A stretch of 63,817 nucleotides of DNA, filler included, from Reticulomyxa filosa (Eukaryota; Protista; Foraminifera): assembly GCA_000512085.1 (NCBI GenBank). It is 17 parts of 17 records of this genome, joined end to end, with 100 filler letters (N's around TTAATTAATTAA, not from the genome) between each part and the next. Parts side by side here need not be neighbours in the genome. Positions count along the whole stretch, not along the records: positions 18,995 to 26,876 come from ASPP01004184.1; positions 26,977 to 29,859 come from ASPP01003923.1; positions 29,960 to 33,137 come from ASPP01018900.1; positions 33,238 to 34,807 come from ASPP01008872.1; positions 34,908 to 38,014 come from ASPP01045361.1; 12 more parts are not named here. The stretch is one strand, 5' to 3'. Below, one piece after another: positions 25,055 through 38,014 of this stretch. How positions within the stretch are numbered: position 1 is the stretch's first letter; each line of letters opens with the position of its first letter. The notes beneath the pieces are model-generated. The model was not told the DNA's origin, made no database searches, and worked only from the letters and a program-made list of their open reading frames with translations. Position numbers and translations under genes: made by a program.

Positions 25055-26730
25055 TTAATAAGAGTCAAGCCAATGCTGGATTTCAGCGGGATCAAAACCT
25101 TGGCGCAGCAAATGGCGAACATTTGCAAACAACTGATCGTAGATTTGACTACTACAAGCAAAATCAATGTAATTGCCGGTGGAGCCATTACTACCGATAA
25201 TGTCCATCATATCTTTGTAGTCGTGTAAAACTTGTTGGAAACGGGAGATTCCTCTGTAATCGTCCATTAATACAAAGCAACGCATGTTGGCACAACTCTT
25301 GTGACGTGAAGAAAAGTAGCCCGCTTTGATGAAGGAGCGCAAGGTATCAACACTGGCAAAAGTAGTGTTTTGATAAATTAGCAAAGGCTTGTCAATGCAC
25401 TCGTGCGTGTGTTTGTTGCTATTGTAATATTCGACAAAGTCGAGCACGGTCCAGCCATAAGGGGCCAAGGCTTGAGCAATGCTTCGAAAGTAGCTTGGAT
25501 TCGACGTGTCAAGCAATACTTGCTTTGTACCATTTTGACGATTTGAGTGTTCGAGCCAATTCAATATGGTTTGCAGCAAAGGTTTCTTTGCATCAATTAA
25601 TATATCCTTTGCATTGTTTTGAAATTTGTGTAAGCAAAAGCATATTTCAATCAAAAAAAAAAAAAAAAAAAAAAGAGGGGCCATACTTAACAACATCTTT
25701 GAACTGACGAATACGATCTTTCAAAGTGTATGTATTTTCATTGCCGGACACCAATTTGGAGGTTTGATTGGCCAACAGAACGGTGGTGACTTGGCTTCGA
25801 TCCTTGACCACGCCTTCCTTTAAGGCGATATTTTCAATCATCGCAAAGCCTTGCGAAACGTCCCAAAACGACAGATCATTGTACTCATCGTTTTCGTCCA
25901 CCCCGCCAAGAGCAAAGGCTTCATCTCCAACGCTGGCATCAGCCTCCACAATCAGTCGATCTAAAAAAAAAAAAAAGAATGTGTATACGTTTGACAAAAA
26001 AAAAAGGGGGGGGGGGAGGGAGGGGAAGAAACAGCATATCACATTATTTTTTTTGTTTTGTTTTGTTTTAAAAACTCAAACGTTTGTTAAGTTCGGACTG
26101 GGTTTTAACCAGCCAATTTTTGGAGAGTTGAAAGCCGTTCCATTCAAAATCATTGCCATAATTGTCTTCAGTGATGGCCCAGACATTGGGATGTCTCCCG
26201 CCATGAGTAGCAAAGTCGATGAGCTTCTGAGTTTTCTGAGTGACATAGCTGGAGCCCCCTTGAGCAGATGAGACGCTGTTCCTGTCGGCCTTACTGTCAT
26301 TACTAACATCGTCCGAGCGAAAGGTGATTTTCTTCTTAGTAATGATGGGGAGCAAGTGGTCGCCCATCCAAGTAATGGAATAGTTGGACACGTCACTTTC
26401 ATGTCCGGCAAAACGCACAATCTTCACGTAGCTGCCAATGTCCTCGTTGAAATTGCTTTCGTTGATCATCGGCTCTTTGCCCTTCAACACGTTGTCTTTG
26501 AACGTGTCGTTCACGTCCGATATTATGTCGAACAAACGCAGGATTTGTGCGATCCCGACAAACCCAAACACCACCGACCGAAGCGTTTGCAAACCCAACA
26601 CTCGCAAATGTCTCTTGCAGTCTGTCGCGTTCGACAGGTCCAATGGACGCAACACCGACGATGGCGTCAGTTTCATCGCTTGCGCTACTGTGTGCGATGG
26701 CTTTGTCGCCCAAATTATCGATGGAAGTAA
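25055..26730 (-). CDS. Hypothetical protein with one visible transmembrane helix and a large alpha/beta soluble region, 5' truncated
   Basis: Three clean exons (~26730-26082, ~25960-25686, ~25607-25055); hydrophobic segment SVVFGFVGIAQILRLFDII. No family recognised. Confidence 0.7.
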
Positions 26731-26749
26731 CTAAAAATTATTTTGTATA

Positions 26750-26783
<34 letters not shown>

Positions 26784-26842
26784 GACTTGTTGCACTCTTA
26801 CGCATATTCGCAACAATCAAAGTAAATTAAAATTTTTTTTAT

Positions 26843-26876
<34 letters not shown>

Positions 26877-26976
26877 NNNNNNNNNNNNNNNNNNNNNNNN
26901 NNNNNNNNNNNNNNNNNNNNTTAATTAATTAANNNNNNNNNNNNNNNNNNNNNNNNNNNNNNNNNNNNNNNNNNNN

Positions 26977-28225
26977 ATATATATATATGTACATAGATAT
27001 TCATGTACATGCAGGTATGTACGCATAAAAAAAATAATGACAACAAAAACTTTTGTTTTGAAATATCTTGGTACTGAACTGCAACTTTGGTAAGTAGATA
27101 ACGTTGCCACAGATTTAACTCGATATGTAAGTAAGGACAATTGAAATCGGGACAACCTGACGTATTTTTTTCCTCGGTGTGCTTCCAGCACAAATAGATC
27201 TACACAGTTACAAAGAAAGAAAGTCATCATTTCAATTTTTTTTTTTTTACACTTAAAAAAAAAAAATAAACATGCATATTGTGTAGAAAATTTTGATCCA
27301 ATTCCCAGAGGGTCTTGTCGTGCTTTATTGCAAATTGCGAGCAATGTTTGAATCCTCGATAAGGAACGGAGTAATAAAACGATCGTGTGCTCTTGCCTTT
27401 AAATATGCATTTCAACTCGTCGTCGATTTGTTGAAAATTCAATTTTCGTATTTTGCAGTCATTCTTTATGTAATCACTAAGAAATGCTATCAGCAGTCGA
27501 TCTTTCATTGACTTAAAATAATCGTGTTTGTCACATCCCAACAAACATGTTTACACAGCTACGTAGAGTCATTTTTTTTTTTTTTTTTGCTTATTTAATA
27601 TATGTTGCACTTGCTATATATGTGCATGGCCATCCATGGGGGGAAAAAAAAGGGGACGTAACGAATCTTGGCACTATTGACTATTTTTATTACATGCACA
27701 CATACATTAAATGTACGTATATGTTTATGTTTACATCACAATACAACTCCCTCCTTTTTTATTTCTTTCTCAAGTAACTTTGGCATTAGTCCAATCTATA
27801 TGATAGCTACAATCACAATTTTGCTTCTTGCACAAATCGTCCCTCTTATTTTTTTTTTTTTTTTTTTTTGAGTTTACTTTTTCGCCATTTTTATGTGATG
27901 CGCTTTTTTTTTGGAGCCACTTGACTTCTAATTCTAATTGTATAATTGGATTTTTTTCGTTCTATTTTTTTAAAATGTGTAAAAGGTTGGTCCATGGGGA
28001 CAAATCCTCTTCATTACTTCAAAGTAAACTTTAACAAAAATACATAATTCATACTGTCACATTCAAAAACTCCACGTCAACAAGTCTCTTTTGAGAAACG
28101 TATGTTGGACCAAACGACTTTCTCCATAAGCCAAAGAATTCATTCCATTGAATCTCTATCCATTCACATCCTTTAAAATGCTGACTAAATAATTGAATAA
28201 CATAACTCTCAAAAGAATGGGACAT
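26977..28225 (-). CDS. Putative CCCH zinc-finger protein, partial and possibly disrupted
   Basis: CWKHTEEKNTSGCPDFNCPYLH (C-x11-C-x4-C-x3-H) at ~27125-27193. Upstream exons join imperfectly. Confidence 0.4.
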
Positions 28226-29959
28226 TTCTTAGAAAATGTACTTATTTTTTTACGGCCCTTAATTTCACGGCGCCCCGAAGACGGACCAACAAATTTGTTT
28301 GTGCTGACAATTCAAATGTAGAACAAGTGATAAAAGACCAACTTAAATTGTATTTAAAACCATCCATTGAATTTACATTATGCTCTTTTGTGTTGAAGAA
28401 GAAAATAATAAATTCCTAACAAACACGAATTTGTTTATGCTCTTTTTGCAAAAGGGGTAATTCACATCCGCTTTTTTTTTTTCTAGTTTTAAAGTGTTTT
28501 ACTAAAAACTCAATTTTTTTTTCAAATATTTTCTTATTTTAGTGTTTTTCAAAATAATGCAAGAATTTTTTAAAGTTTTCTGTTGCAAATGAGAAAATCA
28601 GAAAATTTGTAAGTAATTTCGTCTAAAATTGGTTTTGGGAGTGAAGATATGTGCCTAAAAAAAACTATAAAGTGCAATGGCTTGTCATGTTCCAAAGTGT
28701 ACCTGCAAGCAGTTTGTGTCCCTCGTTGACAAGTGACAAAATGTGATTGTGTCATACAAGGATAGTACAATAAAATGAAGACATTACGTACGAAAGCTTT
28801 GCCAACAACAGCGAGCCCACAAACATCGTGCATGTCTATATATCAAAAGCTTTGATGTCCTAGGGAAATGACGACTTACCAATGGAGTCTATTCATCGCT
28901 ATTTGATAAATGAGGAGGCGCACAGTTTTCACAGTTTGTTTTGATAGATACCCTTTCGCCTTTTCAAGCTGTTGAAAGGTTACACCTTGGCCAGTTGATG
29001 CTCCAATGTGTTCTCTAAGTTGAAATATAGACGTTGTCTCGCCTTTGCTTGCTTCTGTCACCAATTTATTTTTATACTGTGTTACACAACGTAAATGACA
29101 TGCATCCAAAGCCATCTGTACCTTTTCTTTGTGGCAGGTGTAATGCATTGACTTTATAGTCGTCCAACTCATACGAAATTTTTTTGTCACTGGCACTCAT
29201 GTTACAGAATCTTCTTTTGCGGGGACTGGTACTACGTGTAATTCTTATTTTTTGAACTATGGGGTTCTCAGACAGCTTTGAAAAAAACACAAAATTAAAA
29301 CTTTGGATTATATGACAATGGTCACTACCACTTGCTGTATAATGTCAATGGGCACCTCTAATAGGGCATGAATAAAATAATGATACGGAATGTGAACGTT
29401 GTGGACATGATACTGAAAGATATCTTTTTCTTTGATATGTACAATAAATTCATACTCGACAATGCATTTGGGTTGTCAAAAAGGACATTCTTATTGCCAT
29501 TGTAATGTTATGCATTGCCAGCTCAAAGTTTTCGCCAACGTCAAACGATTGTGCAATATCATATTGCGTATGCAGATTATGTTTAAAAACAGGTAGGTAT
29601 TTGAGAAAGTAAAACGGAAGATAAACAATTTTTTGAGCAGCACTGGTGTTCAATAAAAAAAATTTTTTGACCCACTGTTGTAGGAACAGTGAGACGACTA
29701 AGTGTAATACGAAAGGAACTTAGTTCCAAAAAGCAACTTCAGTAAAAGGAAATTAAATTAACAAAAATAATTTCAACACAAGAAAGGAAAACAAGTAAAG
29801 AAAACACAAAAGTGTGTTGTGAAGAGGGTTTTAACCCACTGGGGGTCCCACCGTTCCATNNNNNNNNNNNNNNNNNNNNNNNNNNNNNNNNNNNNNNNNN
29901 NNNTTAATTAATTAANNNNNNNNNNNNNNNNNNNNNNNNNNNNNNNNNNNNNNNNNNNN

Positions 29960-30075
29960 CTTTCCTCAAAAACAATGGCTCTCATCACGAAAGTGAAGCG
30001 ACAAACGAATAACAATAACGACACTTCATCGAATAGTATTACTACCAATGAATAATAATGATAATAATAATAATG

Positions 30076-30115
<40 letters not shown>

Positions 30116-30855
30116 TTACCGGTTAGCAGTGTCTCTTTGGACGGAACAAGACTGTGTGTCAATCAAATCTGTTCGAATGTATGGAAACTTATTGGAAAGT
30201 GAAAAACTCTCCTTCGATCAAGTTGTTGATTTTTCTATCATCGAAAAACAAGAATGGGAAAAAGAAGAACAAAAAAAACAGAAAGTGGAAGTATCCACTA
30301 TGAAAAATCGTGGTCGGGCTGTTTCCGAATTGCGAACCCAGCTTTCTTCTTTGCAAGAAGAAAATGAAACCTTGGAACAAATTTTAAAGGAATACCAAAA
30401 AAAAGAGTCTGAACAATCTTTGCAAATTCAACAATTACAACAAACTATCGAACAAATTCAACAATCGCAACAATCTCATCCTCTTTCCTCTGATTTCGTT
30501 GAACACACTTCACCATCGCCACAAGTTTTATCTTTTTTTTTTTTTTTTTTTTTTCCTTTCCTCTTGCGTGTATTGATCCCCCCTCCCCCTTCTTCTTTGC
30601 TTTTAATTGCGTGTTACTACAATCACTATTATACAGCCATTACCCACCGAACACGAAACTCCTCAATTTGATAAACCATTTCAAACGTTGTTGGATACAC
30701 ACTCACAACTCAAATCCGAATTACTTGAAATCAAAATTGAAATGCAAAGAGCTATTTCCAGTAAATTAGAATTGGTTCATTCCAGTGCTCAAGAAATCAA
30801 TCTTTTGAGAAATTTGATTTATTTGTTGACTATGAATTCCTCAAATGAAAACTGA
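29960..30855 (+). CDS. C-terminal part of a coiled-coil protein with a poly-Asn tract, 5' truncated
   Basis: ORFs 30048-30671 and 30607-30855 joined by an intron; E/Q/K heptads; (AAT)n tract at 30048-30112. Confidence 0.55.
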
Positions 30856-31278
30856 TTGCTTGAGAACCTCCGTTCTTCCTTCTCTCTTCTTCTTTGTAAA
30901 TTTTCTTTTTTTTGGTTTGACGCAGAGTGCAATGTTTTGTGTTTGGTATCGAAAAATGATAATGATCATTTGAAAAATGTCATCAAGAGTTTTTCAATTT
31001 CATTGATTTTTTTTACCTTTTTTTTCAATTTGTTTGTGTCAGCCAACAATTGAAGAGCTGTTGTGACACAAACTTGTCAATCTTCGAAAAGTACTCACAA
31101 CACAAAGAAAACCGACAGAAATTGAACTTGTTCTTGTCAAATTATTCTGGTGACTTAAAAAGAAGTCCATCAACAAGAGTAATAGTTATGGGAATCCTCT
31201 ATATTTCTTAACTGTCTACTTTCGCACCATATGGCAAATGAAAAGTTGATAAAAAATTTTTATTCTCTTCTTGCTTTC

Positions 31279-33137
31279 CTACAAACCCAAGTCTTTGGCC
31301 ACCATTTTGGCACAAATAGGATGGTATTTCAATTTATTTTTTTGGTATGTTTCAACAGCCAGTTTCTTGCGATTTTCGTTTTTGATCAAAGCACGATAAA
31401 GAGGCCGTACAAACTATATGATATATAGAATATTCTCAATATACACATTTGTTTTGTTCTGACAAGGAGATGAGAAAGAACACGCTGTTGCCGTGTTAGT
31501 GATTAGTTTTTATAACCTTCATTCGTCCAATGCTCGAAACCATGTCTACACTCGATGAGTAATACTTTTCAAGATCACATGCTAACGTCAGCTACCCAAC
31601 AATAACAACAACAACAACAACAAAAATAATTGTTTGAAAACAGTCCTTTGCTATTACAAATTTAAAATAAAGCAAAAGTATATACCAAATTCCAGCGATA
31701 TTTTATTTCGGCATTGGCCGTCTATAATGTGTACAGTAACAAAACGAGTTACGAACATGCACTTTTGAAATTCAAAATTGGGAAGTCGTGAGTATTGAAA
31801 AAAAAGAGCTGAAACAAAACTTGATTGAAGCCATACAATGCAGTAATCGTTTCTAATTTTGCACGAAGTTTTTCTTTGGCTTCGGATTTGTTGCTGGCTT
31901 TTTCAATACTTCCTTCAAATTCAATTAGCAGATCATCCAAGAACATTTGAGTCTTATAGTTTTATATTGTATTAATGTTTGTTTATGGCAAAAAAAAAAA
32001 AAAAAAGATCGTTGATTGCTACAAATAAGGAAGATATACCTACGTATACTACAACAACAAATTCTAGTTTTGCCAATAAAAAAAAAAAGAAAGGGAGTGC
32101 AATAAGCCACACAAACCTGTGGAACCCACCAGTCCTTGCAATCGTCTTCGGAGCCTTTGAAATCAGACTGTTTCCATTTTTCCACCAACTTCTTGACCTG
32201 ATGAATGAGCTTGCTTTCGATTTTTTCGATATTGGGCATGCCAGGCTCGGTCAGCCATAACTTCCAGTCAATATCATTCAGTTTGCGTTGATCCACCTTC
32301 TTGTCCTTTTGGAAATACTGCAGGAAAAAGTCTTTGAACTCGTACGAATCCAATGCCGAAAACTATTTGCATTGTTTTAAACAAAGACATCCCTATTATT
32401 CATTAGGTTTTGTTTACAATCATTGTGTTTGTTTATTGAACCAAAAAAAAAAAAAAAGTAACTTTGAAAGTTTCAAAGTAATCATGAATAAATGGTGCAA
32501 ATACTTCAGGGCCGCCAACCGTGTCTTCCAAATAGCGCAAAAATGTGGAGCCTTTTTGATAAGGAACCGCTGATCGATTACGTACATTATATACATGTAC
32601 ATATATATATATATATATATATGTATACGTATGTATGTATGTATAGATGTCAATAGAGACACGATCAATAAAATATTTAATGACGAAAAAATAAACAAAC
32701 AAACTCGAAAAAGCGTCATCCGGATCGGTGTCAATCAGCGACAGATTTAGCTTGGTGAACTCATGCTTTGGACCGAAGCGCTTGACGTCAGACTCCAACT
32801 CACGAATGCCATTGCAGACCTTCAGCGTCCAAAACTCATCGCCATACATTTGTTGCATTATTTTGCATTCAATGAATACCGTCCATCCCTCATTCAACCA
32901 AAAGTGTTCCCAAGTCTTGCTTTCTTTTTTTTTTTTTTTTTTTTTTTGTAACAATAGAAAATTATAACATTGGAGAAGTTAAAGGGGAGGAGGGGGGGGG
33001 GGGGGGAAGCACTACAATGATTCGATTTTGCGAACATGGGAGGATAAAGAGAACTAGATCAAAATAAATTGCACAATAACTGAAGCTAAGTTGCCACTCC
33101 AGCTGTGAACAATTTCATGTGCAACAACATTTTTCCA
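31279..33137 (-). CDS. LTA4H: Leukotriene A4 hydrolase-like M1 zinc aminopeptidase, C-terminal half
   Basis: [14 protein letters not shown] (HExxH), [14 protein letters not shown] (third ligand E), [48 protein letters not shown]. Confidence 0.93.
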
Positions 33138-33305
33138 NNNNNNNNNNNNNNNNNNNNNNNNNNNNNNNNNNNNNNNNNNNNTTAATTAATTAANNNNNNN
33201 NNNNNNNNNNNNNNNNNNNNNNNNNNNNNNNNNNNNNTTTTTTTTTTTTTTTTTGCAAACAAGAAAATAAAAACTATTTATGTTTGTGTGCGTGTATAAT
33301 CAAAG

Positions 33306-34208
33306 ATTTTGGTTGCATCGAATTGATTCCAAATTGCAAAACTTTGAGAGATGTTAAGTCGTGGACGGGCGCTTTTTCTGATTCAAACTTGGCTAATTTA
33401 GTTACAAGTGCCGCGGGAAGGTTTGCTCTTTTTGTCTCGTATTGTTAAAAAAAAAAAAAAAGGTTAAGTTGTGCTTGCATTGGGGCTACAAAAAAAAAAA
33501 AGCTATATTGCGGCATATGTTATGGGCATTCGAGACAGACAGTTGAATCAACAAAAATTTATTTTTCTTCATATTTTTTCTGTATGCATTACTGGCACAA
33601 TCAATTTTTATTTTTTATTGTTTGCGTGCTTTTTTTTCTATTAGTTATGACAACGTATTGATCCAACCTGATGGAACATTATTTCACATTGACTTTGGCT
33701 ATGCTTTGGGGTATTTTGTATATGTGTGTGCGCATGTTTATTGTGTTCATTTGAAGAAAAATCAGCAATATAAGTTTCTGTGTATCGATGTAGTGACAAA
33801 TTAACAATTGATACATCAAAATTTGCCATTACGAGTGATTTGCAGCAATTAATGGGTGACCACTGGAAAGAATTTTTAAATATTTCGCAACAAGCTTATA
33901 TGATACTACGAAAACATTTTCAGGTATAGGCTTGCACTAGACTGTTTGTTTTAAATAGCATCACAAACAAAGTTGCTCATTTATCTTTTTGACACATATT
34001 TTAGGAACTGGTGGACTACACGCGTTTGGTGTTTGCATTTTCGTATGATGTCGGTCAAGTTGAAAAATTTTTGCATAGCCAATTGCAAATGGACTCAGAT
34101 GATGAGGACGCCGCAAAATACATTTATGATCGCTTGCAAAAGGCACCTTCCAAACTTAAGACAAAATTTAAAAATGGACTTCATGCCATAGCCCAATTTT
34201 CGGCATAA
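33306..34208 (+). CDS. Phosphatidylinositol 3-/4-kinase family catalytic domain, C-terminal part
   Basis: [59 protein letters not shown] and FKNGLHAIA across several exons. Confidence 0.9.
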
Positions 34209-34907
34209 TTGGTTTTTATATGTTTTATATGCATTTTTAAAAATCACTGTGGCTCACAATTAGTTAGAAAGTATCACATTTCTCGAGAAAATGTGTTTTG
34301 CTTTCCTATTTTACTTTTTTGTTGTGTGGAATATTTTTTGTCCTATTGAAAATGATGCTCAAAATTTTTTTGGACCAATTAACAAATATACTTTCTCAAT
34401 TTTTTGTTGTAATTATCTAATTAAAGAATCTTGCCTTTTTAAAACAAAACTATTTGCAATTCACAAAAATATAAATTTTTAACCTAAAACACTTCGAATG
34501 ATGACTGATAAGTAATATTTTGAGTACAAAACTGATCAAATTTCAAATGCGGAGGATCGAATGGTACAATAAGTGAAAGAATAAAAATAATTAAATATGT
34601 AATGCAAAAAAAGTAATAGTTCACCACTTATTCGCAAATCCAGTAAACATCGACATAAACTAATGACCTTTTTCAAAGATTACAAAGCAATAAACATAAT
34701 GTACTAACACCGAAACGAAGTGATGAATATACAATAAATATATACTTTGTTGTAAAAACAAAATATAATAATAATAATAATAAAATATATATGTACATAT
34801 TTAAGTTNNNNNNNNNNNNNNNNNNNNNNNNNNNNNNNNNNNNNNNNNNNNTTAATTAATTAANNNNNNNNNNNNNNNNNNNNNNNNNNNNNNNNNNNNN
34901 NNNNNNN

Positions 34908-37900
34908 TCGTTTTCGTTTTCGTTTTCGTTTTCATTTTCATTTTCATTTTCATTTTCTGGTTTTTTCTCTTGCTTCTTCGGGATGTCTGAACGTTCCTTG
35001 GTACTGGCATTGCCACCGTTATCACTTTCTTGTTTGTCAGTTGTCAATACTGCATTAAAACAATAACAACAACTTAGACAAATGAACGAATTGCAAAATC
35101 AATAGCACAGATAAATTGATTTAAAAAATAAATAAATAAATAAATATGTGTTGGTTACCTTCGTGACTATTGTTAAATTGTGATTTCGTATCGACGGATT
35201 GCGTAGTGGTGTCTCCTTTGTAATTGACAGCTTTATCTTGGATCACTTCTTTTATTGTCAGAGTTGGCGCTCGCTGATGCGAGTCGCTTGCATTTTGCGA
35301 CGCTTGGATCGCGAGTTTTTCTTTACTTGCCGTGTGTGGTATAGATGATTTCTTGCCAAGATCGGGGAGGTCTTTCATGCGATTGGTCCTCTGATTCGTT
35401 GACAAATAGTAGCAACGTATTCACACAAACAAAGTGAATACACAACACAACTCAAAAAAGAACAATGTATAAATTACAAATATTCCAACTTGAAACTGTA
35501 ACAATTGCGCTTGTTCCAAAATTTCCTTTGTAGTTGGTGCTGCCATGCGCGTTTTGTAAACCGCAGTGCTAAACACGCTATTGAAATCAGCCAAAGAAAT
35601 GTCCTCTTTGCACCTCCATACACTTTAATTTTTTGCTTCGCAAATGCGATTTCCAATTGTTCCAAGGTGATCAATCCAGACCTGTTTGTATTGATCTCAT
35701 AGAAGGCCTTGGTTATTGCATCCATATTCCTTGTTGCCCGTGCGGCATCTGTGCTGCCACGTTTATTGTGTGCCTGTATTCATATATAAACATATAAATA
35801 TATTTATATATTTATGTATTATCATCATTTTTCCATTTATCTCTCTCTCTCTCTCACCAAACTCCAAAGCGAATTGTAATGGCATGCTTCAAGAGATCTA
35901 TTAAAATCGGTGTGAGAATGCCAGGAACGAATTTGGGGACCGAGTTTTGCAAAAAATCTCGATAGTCGAGCAAGCCGGTGGCGTGGATATCAAACATAGA
36001 AAAAATAGTATTGACATCATCTGGGAATAGATGAAGGCCACAAACAGCCAACCATTCAGCGAATTCTCGTTTTTCCAAAGCCCCTCGGTTTTCTTTGTCG
36101 CATTCCATAAAGTGATTTTTCATGGATTGATGCAAACGAGCGAATGTCTCTTCTTGGAATTTGCCATTGTTGCCATGCATGCGATGCATTTCGATAAGTA
36201 TTACATGAGTAAGCAGGTTCTTAATGGCCCGAGAGCGTTGCTTCCTGCTACTTTTGTCAAACTGTCCACCCCACGCATGCGCTAATGGCGAAATGATCTT
36301 TTGATGTCTGTCCATCGAAGGATCGTACTTGCCGATTATTGAAACTGGGGCACTCATCGACGGAGCCAATGTATTTTCGGTGATACCATTCGAGCCCACC
36401 GATTCGTCCACCGATTGATTGCTCGTATCTGCGGATCGCAGTATTCCCTTTGACAGGCAGTGCAAATACATAAATCAATCAATCGATAAAAAATATGTAT
36501 GTATACATATAATATATATATTTTTCGTTACCATAGGTGGGAACATAGGAGAAGCGGATTTGCTGTATAGCTCCATATCTTTGTAATCATCGTTGAATGG
36601 CAAGAGTCTGTCAGAAGTCTTACTTTCGATTTGATAAAACTCATCCTTTGAATCCACAAATTCTTTTGCGCCTTTTTTTATATTTTTGATAATCCCCATT
36701 TCAAACATTTGCGACGCCAGTGATATTGCTTTGCTCTGTTGTTGCCATGGCCTCTGCTTCGTTGAATCCAGTCCACAATCGTCGTTCCCGACAAAGCATT
36801 CTTCTTTGACCAAAGACTTACCCTTGTGCAACCCACACATTCCATATGTGTCTCTACAAAAGCAAAAGCAAAAACACAGTATACATTACTTACCTGTGAC
36901 GACTCATTTGAGCATCACTGAACAATTTTGGAAGCTCCATGAGTAATGGATTGAGTGTGAATCTGCGATCCACAAGGTTGTATTGCGATTGCGAATGTGG
37001 TTGTGGCGTGTGCGATTTGCTTTTTTCCGAATTCAGCAATGGCAATGACTTTGCTTTGGCGACATTGCTGCCTTTTGATTCGCTGGGCCTTTGGGCTGGT
37101 ACAGGTGCCTTTATATATGTGTATATACATTTTAGAGTTAATCAATATATAATAATGTACATATACGTATACGTATATATATATATGCATATATATGTAT
37201 ATATGTATATAACCTGAACAAGCAATCGATAAAAACGATCGATTTCATCTTCAAATAGTTCGCTGTGATTTGTCTTATCATTCTTGCCTCCAGCGTATTG
37301 AATGAAACCCAATTGCTGGAGCTTTCTTCCTAAGATGAGCCCAGTCGATCTGCTTTGCGTGTAGGATTTGGATTGCATCCACGTGACGGCGTCTCTTCCA
37401 ACAAAGCTGTCAGTAATTGTTTGGTTTTCGTATGTTCGATTCTTGATTTCAATTTCTTTGGACATTTTTTGAAGCATCAGTTGATGCTCTTCAATCTCCT
37501 TTGGCGACATTACGTTCTCGGATTTGTCGGAACTGACATCAGAGCTATCGTCTTTCGTCTTCGTCTCCATTTGTTTTGCTTCGCTTATTTCACTCTGACT
37601 TAGTCTTTGTTCTTTTGGATTGCTCATGGCGTTGTTGAGATTCAATACTCGATCTTTCATCACATATCGCAAAGAACGAGCTTGGCGATGTCGTTGGGCG
37701 CCCAATGCAATGTCACTGTCATCAAAAGACCCCCTTTTTTTTGGCGCAGTGCGAGTCAAAGGTAACTTTTGTCGATGATACAGCTGAAGTGTTGCCAATG
37801 AGCCTCGTTTGATTTCGATTTTTGGGGACTGACAGCCAGCGTCCTGATCTGCGTTTGATTGTCCATTGAAATTGAAATGAGGAGTGACTCTTCGTTGTCC

Positions 37901-38014
37901 CATTGCCATTGCTAGCAAATCAGGTCGAATGGGTTGAGAAGCAAATTCGTTATCGGAATCTTCTATTTCCTCTTCTTCTTCTTCTTCTTCGTCTTTTTCT
38001 TTTTCTTTTTCTTT
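34908..38014 (-). CDS. Protein with two DEP domains and EF-hands, both ends truncated, local frameshifts
   Basis: DEP1: IEIKNRTY..DSFVGRDAVTWM..GRKLQQLGFI..FEDEIDRFYR. DEP2: CFVG..AISLASQMFEMGIIK..FVDSKDEFYQ. EF-hand-like loops DKENRGALEKRE, DIHATGLLDYRD and NTNRSGLITLEQ. Confidence 0.75.
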
